From Bacteroidales bacterium (GTDB taxonomy: Bacteria > Bacteroidota > Bacteroidia > Bacteroidales > Tenuifilaceae): DNA of 64,000 nucleotides. The DNA lies in the NCBI GenBank assembly GCA_003818205.1, contig RPRQ01000022.1, positions 71 to 64,070 on the forward strand. Reading direction: 5' to 3'. The translations under genes were made by a program, and so were the position numbers. Positions 16,768 to 26,750 of the stretch are shown here, in pieces. The notes below the pieces were generated by a model, which did not search any database, was not told where the DNA came from, and saw nothing but the letters and a program-made list of their open reading frames with translations. Position 1 is the first letter of the stretch. Every line of letters starts with the position of its first letter.

Positions 16768-17841
16768 ATGTTAACCAGTATGTCAAAACTACTATCACCG
16801 CTCAAAATAAGAGATATTGAATTAAGGAATCGGATTGTAATCTCCCCGATGTGCATGTATTCTGCTGTTGATGGGTTCGCCAACGACTGGCACTTAGTGC
16901 ATCTTGGAAGCCGTGCAACAGGTGGAGCAGGATTAGTTATACAGGAGGCAACTGCTGTTTCTCCTGAAGGTAGAATTTCGCCCGGTGATCTAGGGTTGTA
17001 TAACGAGGGGCATATCGAAATGCTACAGAGAATCACCTCATTTATTCACAGTCAGGGAGCAATTGCAGGGATCCAAATTGCTCACGCCGGAAGGAAAGCA
17101 AGCTGCGCTAAACCATGGGATGGAGGAAAACAGGTTAAGAAAACGGATGGTGGTTGGACAACCGTTGCTCCTTCAGCACTTCCTTTTTATCCCGATGATG
17201 AAGCGCCACAAGCGCTTGATATAGATGGAATACAGAAAGTAATCGCTGATTTCCAAAATGCTGCCAAACGTGCACTAAAAGCAGGTTACAAGCTGGTTGA
17301 AATACATGCAGCGCACGGATATCTGGTTCACCAGTTTCTTTCACCCTTGAGCAACCATCGAACCGATAGTTATGGCGGTAGCTTCGAGAATAGGATACGC
17401 CTGTTGCTTGAAATCGTAGAAGGAGTAAGGGGTGTTTGGCCTTTATATCTGCCTTTGTTTGTGCGTATATCGGCCACCGACTGGGCTGAGGGAGGTTGGA
17501 ACCTCGATGAGTCGGTAAAACTTGCAGCAATACTGAAAGATAAGGGTGTTGACCTAATCGATACCTCATCAGGAGGAATGGTGCACAATGCAAAGGTTAC
17601 CGTTGGTCCGGGTTATATGGTTCCTTTTGCGGAGCGTATCAAAAAAGAGTCAGGCATTTTAACGGGCGCTGTTGGTTTGATAACCCAAGCGCAGCAAGCC
17701 GAGGATATTTTACAAAAAGGGGAGGCTGATCTAATCCTTATAGCAAGGGAATCGCTCAGGAATCCATATTTTGCAATAAACGCTGCAAAAGAGCTTGGTG
17801 ATGAGCATAAATGGCCTCTTCAATATCTTAGAGCGAAATAG
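16768..17841 (+). CDS. namA: NADPH dehydrogenase, Old Yellow Enzyme family (YqjM/NamA type)
   Basis: The segments LRNRIVISPMCMYS, DWHLVHLGSRATGGAGLVIQEATAV, HAAHGYL.HQFLSP and NHRTD.YGGS are present. The true start may be the ATG at 16780. Confidence 0.85.
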   Translation: MLTSMSKLLSPLKIRDIELRNRIVISPMCMYSAVDGFANDWHLVHLGSRATGGAGLVIQEATAVSPEGRISPGDLGLYNEGHIEMLQRITSFIHSQGAIAGIQIAHAGRKASCAKPWDGGKQVKKTDGGWTTVAPSALPFYPDDEAPQALDIDGIQKVIADFQNAAKRALKAGYKLVEIHAAHGYLVHQFLSPLSNHRTDSYGGSFENRIRLLLEIVEGVRGVWPLYLPLFVRISATDWAEGGWNLDESVKLAAILKDKGVDLIDTSSGGMVHNAKVTVGPGYMVPFAERIKKESGILTGAVGLITQAQQAEDILQKGEADLILIARESLRNPYFAINAAKELGDEHKWPLQYLRAK

Positions 17842-17913
17842 TTTTTTCCATTCTGAATAGATAAACTAAAGGATTGCCCTTAAAAAATGGACAATCCTTC
17901 GTTCTAAAATTAT

Positions 17914-18687
17914 CTATATCTTCTTCCCAATATAGAATACATAGCCATAGTACTCTTTATACTTGAAGTATAATTGAGTTTCGTGCCTTTCGCTCGCTAT
18001 GAACTCTTCAGCAGTTTTATTCCCTTCATATTTCTTAAGGAAGATTTCCTGCGCCTTAGCCTGCGGAGTATAGAAATGCTCTATCCAGCAATTTTCGGGT
18101 AGAATAAATGCGGCAACAGGGATATACCCAGTTTTTTGCATTTGGTTAACCTTATTAGGAATAGTATCTATGCCCGAATAAGCATTTTGCCAAAACTCAT
18201 CTATTTCAGTAGGCCTTTCATCGGTAAACCAGGATGCCTCGGAAACAGCAATGTAGCCTCCCGTTTTCAGGAATTTACGCCACTCATTCAAGCCCCGTTC
18301 AAAACCGATATTATAGATTGCTCCTTCAGACCAGATAAGGTCTAACTCTTCACTCTGAAAAGGAAGGTTGTCCATCGAACCTACGACACCTTTTACTCTA
18401 TCTTGAAGATTCAGCTTAATGGCATTCAAGTTGAACAGTTCGATAAACTTAGGAAACAGGTCGATACCTGCAATATGGCCCAATGCATGCTGTGCTAGAA
18501 CCATTGTCTGACCGCCTGTTCCGCAGCCAATGTCGGCAATAAGGGATTCGTTGGTAAGATTATCGATAAAATTCAATGCTTTAATGGTTACTTCGGGGCT
18601 ACCTGGCCCTTGTCGTACTACACTTGAAAAATATTCGCAGATTAAATTGACATCGAAATCGTGAATTGATTTATTTTCGTTACTCAT
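17914..18687 (-). CDS. Class I SAM-dependent methyltransferase
   Basis: Motif I is [12 protein letters not shown], followed by the downstream [11 protein letters not shown]. Confidence 0.75.
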   Translation of the reverse strand: MSNENKSIHDFDVNLICEYFSSVVRQGPGSPEVTIKALNFIDNLTNESLIADIGCGTGGQTMVLAQHALGHIAGIDLFPKFIELFNLNAIKLNLQDRVKGVVGSMDNLPFQSEELDLIWSEGAIYNIGFERGLNEWRKFLKTGGYIAVSEASWFTDERPTEIDEFWQNAYSGIDTIPNKVNQMQKTGYIPVAAFILPENCWIEHFYTPQAKAQEIFLKKYEGNKTAEEFIASERHETQLYFKYKEYYGYVFYIGKKI

Positions 18688-19040
18688 GATTTTAATTTTT
18701 TTTTATTGTTGAAATCAGGGTATAGGAATATAATATATCCTTTACCAAGCCTCAAAATATATTAATATATTGAAATGAAAATAACTCCGACAAGATAATG
18801 TCAGAGTATATTAAAGGGATAACCAAAGGCAGAATACCAAAGGTTATTTACTTCACCAAATCCTTCTTAGAATTAAACATCCAATGTTTTTAGATTGAGC
18901 AAAGGTAAAGATTTTTTTATTATGTTGATTATTTACTAAATTTTGTTCACTTTTTAAGCTGTGGTAGTAAGCAATTAAAACAAATTATTAGTTGACAGTT
19001 AACACCTGCCAGACCGGTAGGCAGGGTTAATGGTTCACGG

Positions 19041-19096
19041 TAACCTCTAACATATCTACTTGTCAGCAAAGGCAAAATGATTAACTTTGTAAATAG
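19041..19096 (+). promoter_or_regulatory. Second copy of the promoter-like module (ends TAACTTTG)
   Basis: The sequence is aacctctaacatatctacttgtcagcaaaggcaaaatgattaactttgtaaatag, about 120 nt upstream of the ATG at 19215. Confidence 0.4.
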
Positions 19097-19214
19097 AAAA
19101 CTGCTATGTAGAAACGGCGATTTTGCTGAGCGGGAGAACCTTTGGGATTGTTAAGTACAATAAACCAGAACCTCTAATTAAATTGGCAGTATTGGTCAAA
19201 GTAAAAAGGTATAA

Positions 19215-19697
19215 ATGAAAAAGGACAAATTATTATCTAGACTCAAGCAGCTTTATTTGCTTGAATTCTGTAATATCTTTTTATTGCCATTTGTTTTTTG
19301 GCTATTCGGGCAACCACACAATCATGTGTTGGGTCAAAATACAATTGTGGCAATGGCATTGAATGGAGTCTTGCTGCTAGAAGGGAGTTATCTTTGGTTT
19401 CGTATTAGCCGAAAATTGAGATTCAAAGAACAATTTGATTTTGGGAGAACTTTTAAAATGCTAAAGATTTTGAATTTTGGGCTTCTGGCATTGACCATAA
19501 TCATCTTTATTGTTAACCCATTTCAAGGGGCTTATGACAAAATTGGGACAACACTATTTTTGTTACTTGCTGTATTAGAGCATATAAACTATTTTGAGAT
19601 TCAGCTTATGTACGACAATAGTAACGACCTAAAATATATAAGACAATACAGACGATTTAAGGTTGCTAAATTGAAAAGGCTAATGGCTAAGGTTTGA
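19215..19697 (+). CDS. Small membrane protein (about 4 TM), unknown function
   Basis: The call rests on the hydrophobic segments only. Confidence 0.4.
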   Translation: MKKDKLLSRLKQLYLLEFCNIFLLPFVFWLFGQPHNHVLGQNTIVAMALNGVLLLEGSYLWFRISRKLRFKEQFDFGRTFKMLKILNFGLLALTIIIFIVNPFQGAYDKIGTTLFLLLAVLEHINYFEIQLMYDNSNDLKYIRQYRRFKVAKLKRLMAKV

Positions 19698-20040
19698 TAA
19701 AGCCACTACCCATGTAAGACATGGCTATAAGCAAATAAAACAAAATTTAATAGCTGATGGTTGATACCACCCTATGGGGTTATTTCACACAACAGATAAC
19801 ATACTTCGGGCTTCCGACTTCTAACAGCATCACAGCAAAACCTCTCCCCACTATCCAATATACCACCCCAACGGGGGTTTTAGCATTGCGACAGGCTGCG
19901 TTTTACCGATATTTCAGCCCTACGGGCTTACCTCTGACAGCTGATAACCGACAACCGATAACAGGCAATAGACTTCTGTCTTCCACATACATCATAGTAA
20001 AACATTATCACAGCAACAATTCAGAACACTTTTAGCCATA

Positions 20041-20090
20041 ACCCCAATGGGTGATTTTTACGCATTAAACCTATTTGTAACTTTGTCTCA
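20041..20090 (+). promoter_or_regulatory. Second copy of the ccccaatgggtgatttt...TAACTTTG module
   Basis: It is nearly identical to 4271-4318, with TAACTTTG at 20068-20075. Confidence 0.4.
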
Positions 20091-20362
20091 ACAAATTTTT
20101 GCAAGTACTAGCGTGGCGAAAAGTGTAAAATAAACAAAAAGACTTTAGTTTAAATTGGCGTTTAAATCTTATTGTTTTCTTAGTGTTCCCGCCTGCCAAA
20201 GTAAAAGACTTTTTACGGCGGGCAGGTTAGTGCCTTAGTGGCTAAAGAAAGATTTGCCACTAAGGCGCAAAGTCACAAAGCATCGCTAAAACAAGTTGTA
20301 ACGCTAAACTACACCAACAAAAATACTAAGCTATTTGGGGCTAATATAAAGGAGGATACTTT

Positions 20363-21205
20363 ATGCCAGTCGTTTATAAAGGATCAAATAATATTCAATC
20401 AGATGCTGATGGTATTGTAGGAATTATTGCACTTGTAGGAGTTGCTATTGGAATTGGTGCTATTATATTTATTGCAATATCTTTATATACCTCAGTAGTA
20501 TCCTTGACTTTTCCTGCATTTATAAATGCACTTACCGTCTTTTCACCTACAAGCACTTCATCATTAGCGAATTGTTTCATTATGGCACTTGAGGGAATGC
20601 TAGCAGGTTATTTTATAGGATGTATGAAGAAATCGTTAATTCTAGAAAACATATCCTTTTACTTTTTCTTGTCAGAACTATTTTCATTTGATGCTTTTAA
20701 GAGCGATCTCAATTTTATATCAACCATGATTCTATCGCTTTTAGTGGGTGGTACTGTGGGTTGGATTGCTGGAGCAAGTGGTACAATAGGGTTAACTACA
20801 TTTTTATACACCGATTCACATAGTATTATTCATAATATTTTAGAAACATCACAACCTATTGTAGCAATTGTAATGCATGGGGGTGCAGGTGGAGCAGGTT
20901 CAAGCGGAGGTTTTTTTTGGGTTGTACTAATTATTCTAATTTTTGTATTTCAAGGGATTATAGTTGGTGCTGCAAGCGGGCTTACTTTCGGAGTTTTGAT
21001 GGGGAGCTTAAATGGTGCGATAAAAGGAGGAGCTCTTAAGTACGTTTGCAGCCTTATTGTGGTATCCGATAAACCTGAAACTAAAAGGGAAATAACCTGG
21101 AGATCGTCAAAAAAAGGTTTTATAGAAGGTGCTATTGTGGGCGGAATTGTTGGTCTTATTCAAGGATTATTAACTTCAATAGCATTTTATGATAAAAACA
21201 AGTGA
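20363..21205 (+). CDS. Glycine-zipper-rich polytopic membrane protein, unknown function
   Basis: Repeated GxxxG/GG-rich hydrophobic segments are present (GIVGIIALVGVAIGIGAI, HGGAGGAGSSGGFFWVV, GAIVGGIVGLIQG). A strong AAGGAGGA lies at 20349-20356. Confidence 0.45.
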   Translation: MPVVYKGSNNIQSDADGIVGIIALVGVAIGIGAIIFIAISLYTSVVSLTFPAFINALTVFSPTSTSSLANCFIMALEGMLAGYFIGCMKKSLILENISFYFFLSELFSFDAFKSDLNFISTMILSLLVGGTVGWIAGASGTIGLTTFLYTDSHSIIHNILETSQPIVAIVMHGGAGGAGSSGGFFWVVLIILIFVFQGIIVGAASGLTFGVLMGSLNGAIKGGALKYVCSLIVVSDKPETKREITWRSSKKGFIEGAIVGGIVGLIQGLLTSIAFYDKNK

Positions 21206-21422
21206 GTTTTCAGCCCAAAGCTAAGAGTAAACTAATTGCCTAACCTTAATAAGTTGGGGTTTATTTATAATAGATACGAAAGTTTTAGATGTCACGGTCT
21301 TCAACCGATCAAAGCATGCTCGATAGATTCAAGTCCTCAACAGCAGAGGACTTAGCCGAGGGGGAGAAGTGAACTAACGAAAAGTTTACTGATAGCAAGT
21401 GTCCGGACAGCATTGGTTTGCG

Positions 21423-22256
21423 CTATAGCTCCCCTCTCTCAAATTTTTCAATCATCTCGCCTGCAATACTTAAATTTAAAGAGTGTTGTGGAAGATTTCC
21501 TCTGGTGAACCACGCGGCATCTGCAATTTCTTTGTCATCAATAGAAATGGGCTGATTTTCATCCGCTTCAGCCACAAAACCAATCATCATTGAACCTGAA
21601 GGAGGCCAGGGTTGACTTTTATAGTATCGGATATTCTTAATATCCAACCCCACCTCTTCCTTCACCTCTCGTACTAAAGTCTCCTCAAGCGATTCGCCAA
21701 CATCAGCATACCCGGCAATTAATGAATACCAACTCCCGGAAAAATTTGAATTGCGAGCTAACAGTATTTTATTATTACAAACGATGACTACTATAACTGC
21801 CGGCGAAATTTTTGGATAAACAGTTGTTTTACAATTGGGACATACAATGGCTCTTTCATCAGGCTTATGTTGAGTTTTTGTCCCACATTTTCCGCAAAAT
21901 TTGTTTTGCGAGTACCAATTCATCAGATGGAATCCGACAATGCTGACCCATGCTATTTCCTGCTGCCTCGTAGTTCGGAAAAAACTGATTTCCTTATAAG
22001 CAAAATGGGGGTTATCTGCCATCAGGTTATCCCATATCAGAAAACACGGAACATCATTAAGGGTAAATAGGAATGTATTGTCTGATTTATCAGAGATTTC
22101 TAGAAAATCTCTTCTTTGTGGTATGTCAAATTCATCACCACTGGTTTTCAACAGCAACGAATCTCCATTATAATGAAGGATAAAATCGTTTTCTCCAATA
22201 TTTTTATTTGCGAGATAAAGATTATTGAAGCGGTGGGGAAATATTTCGTGAATCAT
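21423..22256 (-). CDS. nudC: NAD(+) diphosphatase (NADH pyrophosphatase), Nudix
   Basis: A zinc ribbon (CGKCGTKT..CPNC) is followed by the Nudix box GYADVGESLEETLVREVKEEVGL, then SQPWPFP-like QPWPPSGS. Confidence 0.8.
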   Translation of the reverse strand: MIHEIFPHRFNNLYLANKNIGENDFILHYNGDSLLLKTSGDEFDIPQRRDFLEISDKSDNTFLFTLNDVPCFLIWDNLMADNPHFAYKEISFFRTTRQQEIAWVSIVGFHLMNWYSQNKFCGKCGTKTQHKPDERAIVCPNCKTTVYPKISPAVIVVIVCNNKILLARNSNFSGSWYSLIAGYADVGESLEETLVREVKEEVGLDIKNIRYYKSQPWPPSGSMMIGFVAEADENQPISIDDKEIADAAWFTRGNLPQHSLNLSIAGEMIEKFERGEL

Positions 22257-22780
22257 TCTGATGGCTAATTTAATTCAAATTACAATTGTAATGATGTTTA
22301 ATCATGCGAAGATAGTAGCTTTGTATTAAAGTATTGATATCCCCCATTAATCTGAGGCTGTAATCAAATAAAACAAAAAATCATAGGGTTCGGCAGCAGT
22401 TAAATGCTTTCGTGTAGTTTAGAGCACTATATGGTATTTATTCTTTTCACTAAAAAATCAATAAGACTCAAAGTAGTTACTTATATTTCAACCCTACGGC
22501 TTAATTATAAACCTTATGCTTCTGACTCCTGAACTCTGATTTCCACCGCTAAGTGAAGTTTCCAAACTACGCTTTCATAATTGGTAGTCTTAGGCTCGCA
22601 TCATCATAACGACCGTCTTTGTCACCACAAAACGGTCAATTCTTATTGATAAACGTATTTGGGCGATGGCTCACGAATATAGAACCAATTTTGCCATGAC
22701 ATTACTCTAGTAATCAATTTTTCCCCTAAACTTTTAAGGAACTTCATTGTTTTTATAAAACACTAAAATAAATTAAATTT

Positions 22781-23329
22781 ATGAGAACAAACAAATCATC
22801 ATTCAAAACCATAGTTTATACAGCCTTATGCCTTACATTAATTGTTAATGATGTAAAAGCACAAGAGATGCATAAAATGGATGTCAACAAGGCCGTTTGT
22901 GTGCTTTATCCGACTCAGGGTAACAACGTTTCAGGAACAATAACATTCGAAACCACTGGAATAGGCGTAAGGGTTGTTGCAAATATCCATGGATTGACTC
23001 AAGGTAAGCATGGTTTTCATATACACGAGTGTGGCGATTGCTCAGCCGCTGATGGTAGTTCGGCTGGAGGTCATTTCAACCCAATGGGGAAAAGTCATGG
23101 AAGCCCAATGGAAATGATGCGGCATACGGGTGACATGGGGAATATTGAAGCTGATGCTAACGGAGATGCACATTTAGATTATACTGATAATATGATTTCT
23201 TTATCTGGAGAGTATTCTATAATAGGTCGTTCTATGATTATTCATAAAGCGGAGGATGACCTCAAAACACAACCCACTGGCAATGCAGGCGCGCGCATTG
23301 CTTGTGGTGTTATAGGTGTTGTCGAATAA
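22781..23329 (+). CDS. sodC: Periplasmic Cu/Zn superoxide dismutase
   Basis: A signal peptide is present, along with GKHGFHIHECGDC, GGHFNP, GDMGN and GNAGARIACGVIG. Confidence 0.9.
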   Translation: MRTNKSSFKTIVYTALCLTLIVNDVKAQEMHKMDVNKAVCVLYPTQGNNVSGTITFETTGIGVRVVANIHGLTQGKHGFHIHECGDCSAADGSSAGGHFNPMGKSHGSPMEMMRHTGDMGNIEADANGDAHLDYTDNMISLSGEYSIIGRSMIIHKAEDDLKTQPTGNAGARIACGVIGVVE

Positions 23330-23603
23330 TCCTCATTTCAACGTAATCTTGTGCGAAGGCAAAGGAGTGCTGGCAGACTATAGCGTAACTAAGGGATGGT
23401 TTACTAACACATCCAATACATTAAAGCCAAGTATTATGTTTTGACCTATGAATCAACTTTAATGGCTGTGTTTTTTATCGTATTGACATAAAAAAATGAT
23501 GAAAAACGGAAATTGTAATATCTGGAAATTCCCATGATTCAGCAACTAAAATTTATTTAACGACGGATATAAATACCACAAATTCAAAAATTTAGCAAAT
23601 AAG

Positions 23604-23650
23604 AGGCTGTCTCTAAAGTCGAACAAGACTGGAATAGACAGCCTTTTTTA
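23604..23650 (+). terminator. Hairpin plus T-run, about 275 nt downstream of sodC
   Basis: aggctgtct..(inner agtc/gact)..agacagcct is followed by tttttt. Confidence 0.55.
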
Positions 23651-24471
23651 AGTTTGAGTAAAACTACCACCGGCTGAGCCAGTGGTTTTAATATCAGAGC
23701 CCCCTAAAGAGGGGAAATCAATTATTCTCATCATAACGTTCTTCATCTTCTTGACATTTTACATACCGCCTAAAACTCGCATTGGGAATACACATGCTAG
23801 CGTTTAATTCCTTAAACGACATTGATATATAATTATTGCTTATCATAAGGGCTAGGTTTTGAGCAAGCGGGTGGGAACGGCATCCGATGCCCGAAGGGCG
23901 AACTCAGCGAAGCTAAAACGGTGAACCAGAGCATGCCCTGATCGTAGGCAGGAAGCGAGAGGCAGCATTGCTTCGATTTGAACTTTTTTTGTTTCAAGAC
24001 AAAAAAAGGAAGGGGGCAGGGTCAAAGTCCCATTGGATTTTAGTCGGACAATAATGATTTTAAATAATCAATAACTCAAAAAAATGAAGTATATTTCAAC
24101 AAACAAAAAAGGAAACTATTCAGCAGTAGTCGAATTGAACAAAAACCACTGAAACACAGCCCGTCCCGATGTATCGGGAGTGGCAATTATAAAAAACGAC
24201 TGAGTATCATACGAAATATATAAAAATACGAACCTGCCCGCCGAGCTTAGGCAGGCGTGTCTCTGCGATGAGTAGTTACAAAATATAAACCGAAATCATT
24301 AATAATTGTTATGGCTATTGCAGCATCACCTCATAAAACAAGCCGAATTAAAGAAAGGTTTATAGAATGCTAAATGTAAACATCCAAATGAACAATTCAT
24401 CGTGGTTTCTTTTGGCATTATTATTCCAACGGGAAATACTTCATATATTTATCTACAGATATTAATTGTCT

Positions 24472-25698
24472 ATGAGTGAACTTGTAAAAATATTGGTTGC
24501 AGATGATTCGCCGTCTATTCAGCTATCGATTCAGAGCATGCTTATGGCAGATCAGTCTAACAAGTATTTAATACATAATGTTAATGATGGAAGGCAGGCC
24601 TGTATTATGGCTTTAAATGAAAGACCAGACCTTATTTTAATAGACATTGAAATGCCTGTTATGGATGGTATTGATGCCATAAAGAAAATAAAAACACACA
24701 ACCTTTTAAAAGATATCCCGATTATTGTTATGTCATCGAGTCGCAAATTTCAGGAGGCATTTATAGCTGGAGTCGATGATTTTTTGATTAAGCCTTTTAA
24801 TCAATACGAATTATTGCTCCGAATACAGCTTAATCTAAAGTTAGCCAATATCTCTGCTGAGTTAAAAAATCAGAATGAATTGCTAGTATTACAAAAGCAG
24901 GAGGTTACTCAGCAAAAAGAATTAATTGAAAAGCAACAAATAGATTTACTCTCGGGCATACGTTATGCAAGCTATATACAGAAAGCCATATTGCCAGAAG
25001 ATGTTCTTATTGATGAATTGTTTTCTTCGAATTTTATTCTTAACAAACCTAGAAGTATTGTTAGCGGAGATTTTTATTGGGTTACCCAAAAGAACGATCT
25101 TAAGTTTTTTGCTGTAGGAGACTGTACTGGACACGGTATTTCGGGAGCACTAATGACAATGGCAGGTATTGCTTTCTTAAACGAGATTGTTAATGATTAC
25201 AACGAGTACGAAGCAGATAAAATATTAAACGAGTTACGTTTAAGGGTTGAAAAACTTCTACATCAAAGAGGTACAGCAGGTGAAGCCTCTAATGGTATGG
25301 ATATTGCCCTTTGTGTTTATAACAGCAAAAAACGAATAATTCAATATGCTGGTGCAAATAATCCAATTTATATTATACATGCTGATAAATCATTAGATGT
25401 CTTTAAAGCCGACCGAATGCCTGTTGGTATTCATTTTAATCATGAACGTCCCTTTACTAGTAAAGAATGTATAATTAGTCAAGGTGATGAGGTATATCTA
25501 TTCTCAGATGGTTTTCCTGATCAATTTGGTGGATCAAACGGACAAAAATTCAGATATGATCAGTTTCGTGAACTTCTTATCAGGTGCTCTAGTTCACCTA
25601 TGAATGAACAGCTAAAGATATTGGAAAACACTCTCGATGATTGGATGATAGGATTTGAGCAAATAGATGACATCTTAGTTATGGGTATAAAATTTTAG
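24472..25698 (+). CDS. Response-regulator receiver fused to a PP2C/SpoIIE phosphatase (RsbU-like)
   Basis: The REC domain shows ILVADDS, LILIDIEMPVMDG and KP. The PP2C domain shows VSGDFYWV, GDCTGHGISGA, LFSDGFPDQ and DDILVMGIKF. ATG at 24472 is preferred over the tracked TTG at 24466. Confidence 0.85.
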   Translation: MSELVKILVADDSPSIQLSIQSMLMADQSNKYLIHNVNDGRQACIMALNERPDLILIDIEMPVMDGIDAIKKIKTHNLLKDIPIIVMSSSRKFQEAFIAGVDDFLIKPFNQYELLLRIQLNLKLANISAELKNQNELLVLQKQEVTQQKELIEKQQIDLLSGIRYASYIQKAILPEDVLIDELFSSNFILNKPRSIVSGDFYWVTQKNDLKFFAVGDCTGHGISGALMTMAGIAFLNEIVNDYNEYEADKILNELRLRVEKLLHQRGTAGEASNGMDIALCVYNSKKRIIQYAGANNPIYIIHADKSLDVFKADRMPVGIHFNHERPFTSKECIISQGDEVYLFSDGFPDQFGGSNGQKFRYDQFRELLIRCSSSPMNEQLKILENTLDDWMIGFEQIDDILVMGIKF

Positions 25699-25780
25699 TT
25701 GTCAATTTTTTCAACTAATTGTTAGCAACAAGTGTAAAAGGCAAGTACGAAACATGAAAATAAACCTATAAGTTGATTTA

Positions 25781-26296
25781 ATGAAAATTGATTGTATCTT
25801 TGCAGAAAATTTATTCACCTTTCATTACGCGAAAGAAAAGAACAATGAGTATGAAAGATTAATGGATATATGGACAGATGTTAGTTATTTACATGCTTAT
25901 GCAAAAAGAAACAAGGTAAAAAATATTTATGGATTTATTGATGACATATTGAAGTGTGCTGAAAAAATTCAAGACTTTTTGGACAACATTAGCCAAAACA
26001 AAGAACCTTTTGGTTCTTACTTTGAACCTTTACAACAATCAGAAAATGACAACAAAGTGCTCGCACTTCAAAAAGGAAAAATACGAAAAAATCAACTTCG
26101 TTTGTATGCAGTTAAAATAGATGCTAATTGTTTTGTAATAACAGGAGGTGCAATAAAAATGAGTCAAAAAATGGAAGACCACCCTGATACCGCAAATGAA
26201 TTGGAAAAATTGAAAAAAGCAAGAATCTATTTAAACCAAAATGGTGTATTTGACGAGGATTCTTTTTTTGAACTATTAAATGAAGAATATGACTAA
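25781..26296 (+). CDS. Putative toxin (RelE/HigB, Gp49-like C-terminal half) of a three-gene cassette
   Basis: LRLYAVKIDANCFVITGGAIKMSQKMEDHPDTANELEKLKKARIYL resembles the R.lY....g..v.L.g..KK....p..ei..A motif of Gp49/HigB-type toxins. The gene overlaps the next one by 17 nt. Confidence 0.4.
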   Translation: MKIDCIFAENLFTFHYAKEKNNEYERLMDIWTDVSYLHAYAKRNKVKNIYGFIDDILKCAEKIQDFLDNISQNKEPFGSYFEPLQQSENDNKVLALQKGKIRKNQLRLYAVKIDANCFVITGGAIKMSQKMEDHPDTANELEKLKKARIYLNQNGVFDEDSFFELLNEEYD

Positions 26297-26750
26297 CAAA
26301 GAAAAGTTTTTAGCCTTAGTTTCTAAAGAAAAAAACAACACTTTAGAAAAAAACAAAGAGCGAATCAAAAACAGAGCAATGTTGAGTGAATCGCAACAAA
26401 TTGCTATGAAGGTATTGAAGAAATTAGACGAGTTAGGGTGGACCCAAAAAAACTTGGCAAAAGCAATGGAAGTAAGTCCGCAACATGTGAATAAAATAGT
26501 TAGCGGAAAGGAAAACCTTACAATTGAAACTCAAATTAAATTGCAAAATATTCTTGATATTCCAGTATTAGCCAGTTATTATGAATCACGTTTGAAATCA
26601 ATTGAAGAATTGATTCTAACAGTTGAAAAGAAAGTTGAGCGCATCTATGCTACAACAAATCTAGTTCCTGTTAATTATCAAGATTCAAGAAAAATTAAAA
26701 TGGAATACGATACTTTATCAGGTGAGTACTCATATCAATTAGCTGTATAA
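26280..26750 (+). CDS. XRE-family HTH protein (putative antitoxin with a ~65-aa C-terminal extension)
   Basis: The HTH reads LGWTQKNLAKAMEVSPQHVNKIVSGKENLTIETQIKLQNIL. It shares one base between its stop codon and the next ATG. Confidence 0.7.
   Translation: MKNMTNKEKFLALVSKEKNNTLEKNKERIKNRAMLSESQQIAMKVLKKLDELGWTQKNLAKAMEVSPQHVNKIVSGKENLTIETQIKLQNILDIPVLASYYESRLKSIEELILTVEKKVERIYATTNLVPVNYQDSRKIKMEYDTLSGEYSYQLAV

Noticed and set aside
19757-20035. 92-aa + strand ORF
   Set aside because: It runs through repeat relics (ccctatgggg, ccccaacggggg, atatttcagccctacgggctt, ccgataaccgacaaccgataac). It has a low-complexity, proline/threonine-rich translation and no start context.
20238-20420. 60-aa ORF overlapping the start of 20363
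   Set aside because: It begins inside a palindromic repeat (gtgccttagtggc../gccactaaggcgc) and overlaps the SD and start of the better-supported downstream gene.
23866-23990. GC-rich segment as SRP (4.5S) RNA or a known riboswitch
   Set aside because: caggaagcgagaggcagc only loosely resembles the SRP domain IV GGAAG..GCAGC motif. I could not find the symmetric-loop or tetraloop context, or any riboswitch core I know. I kept it only as an unexplained structured region.
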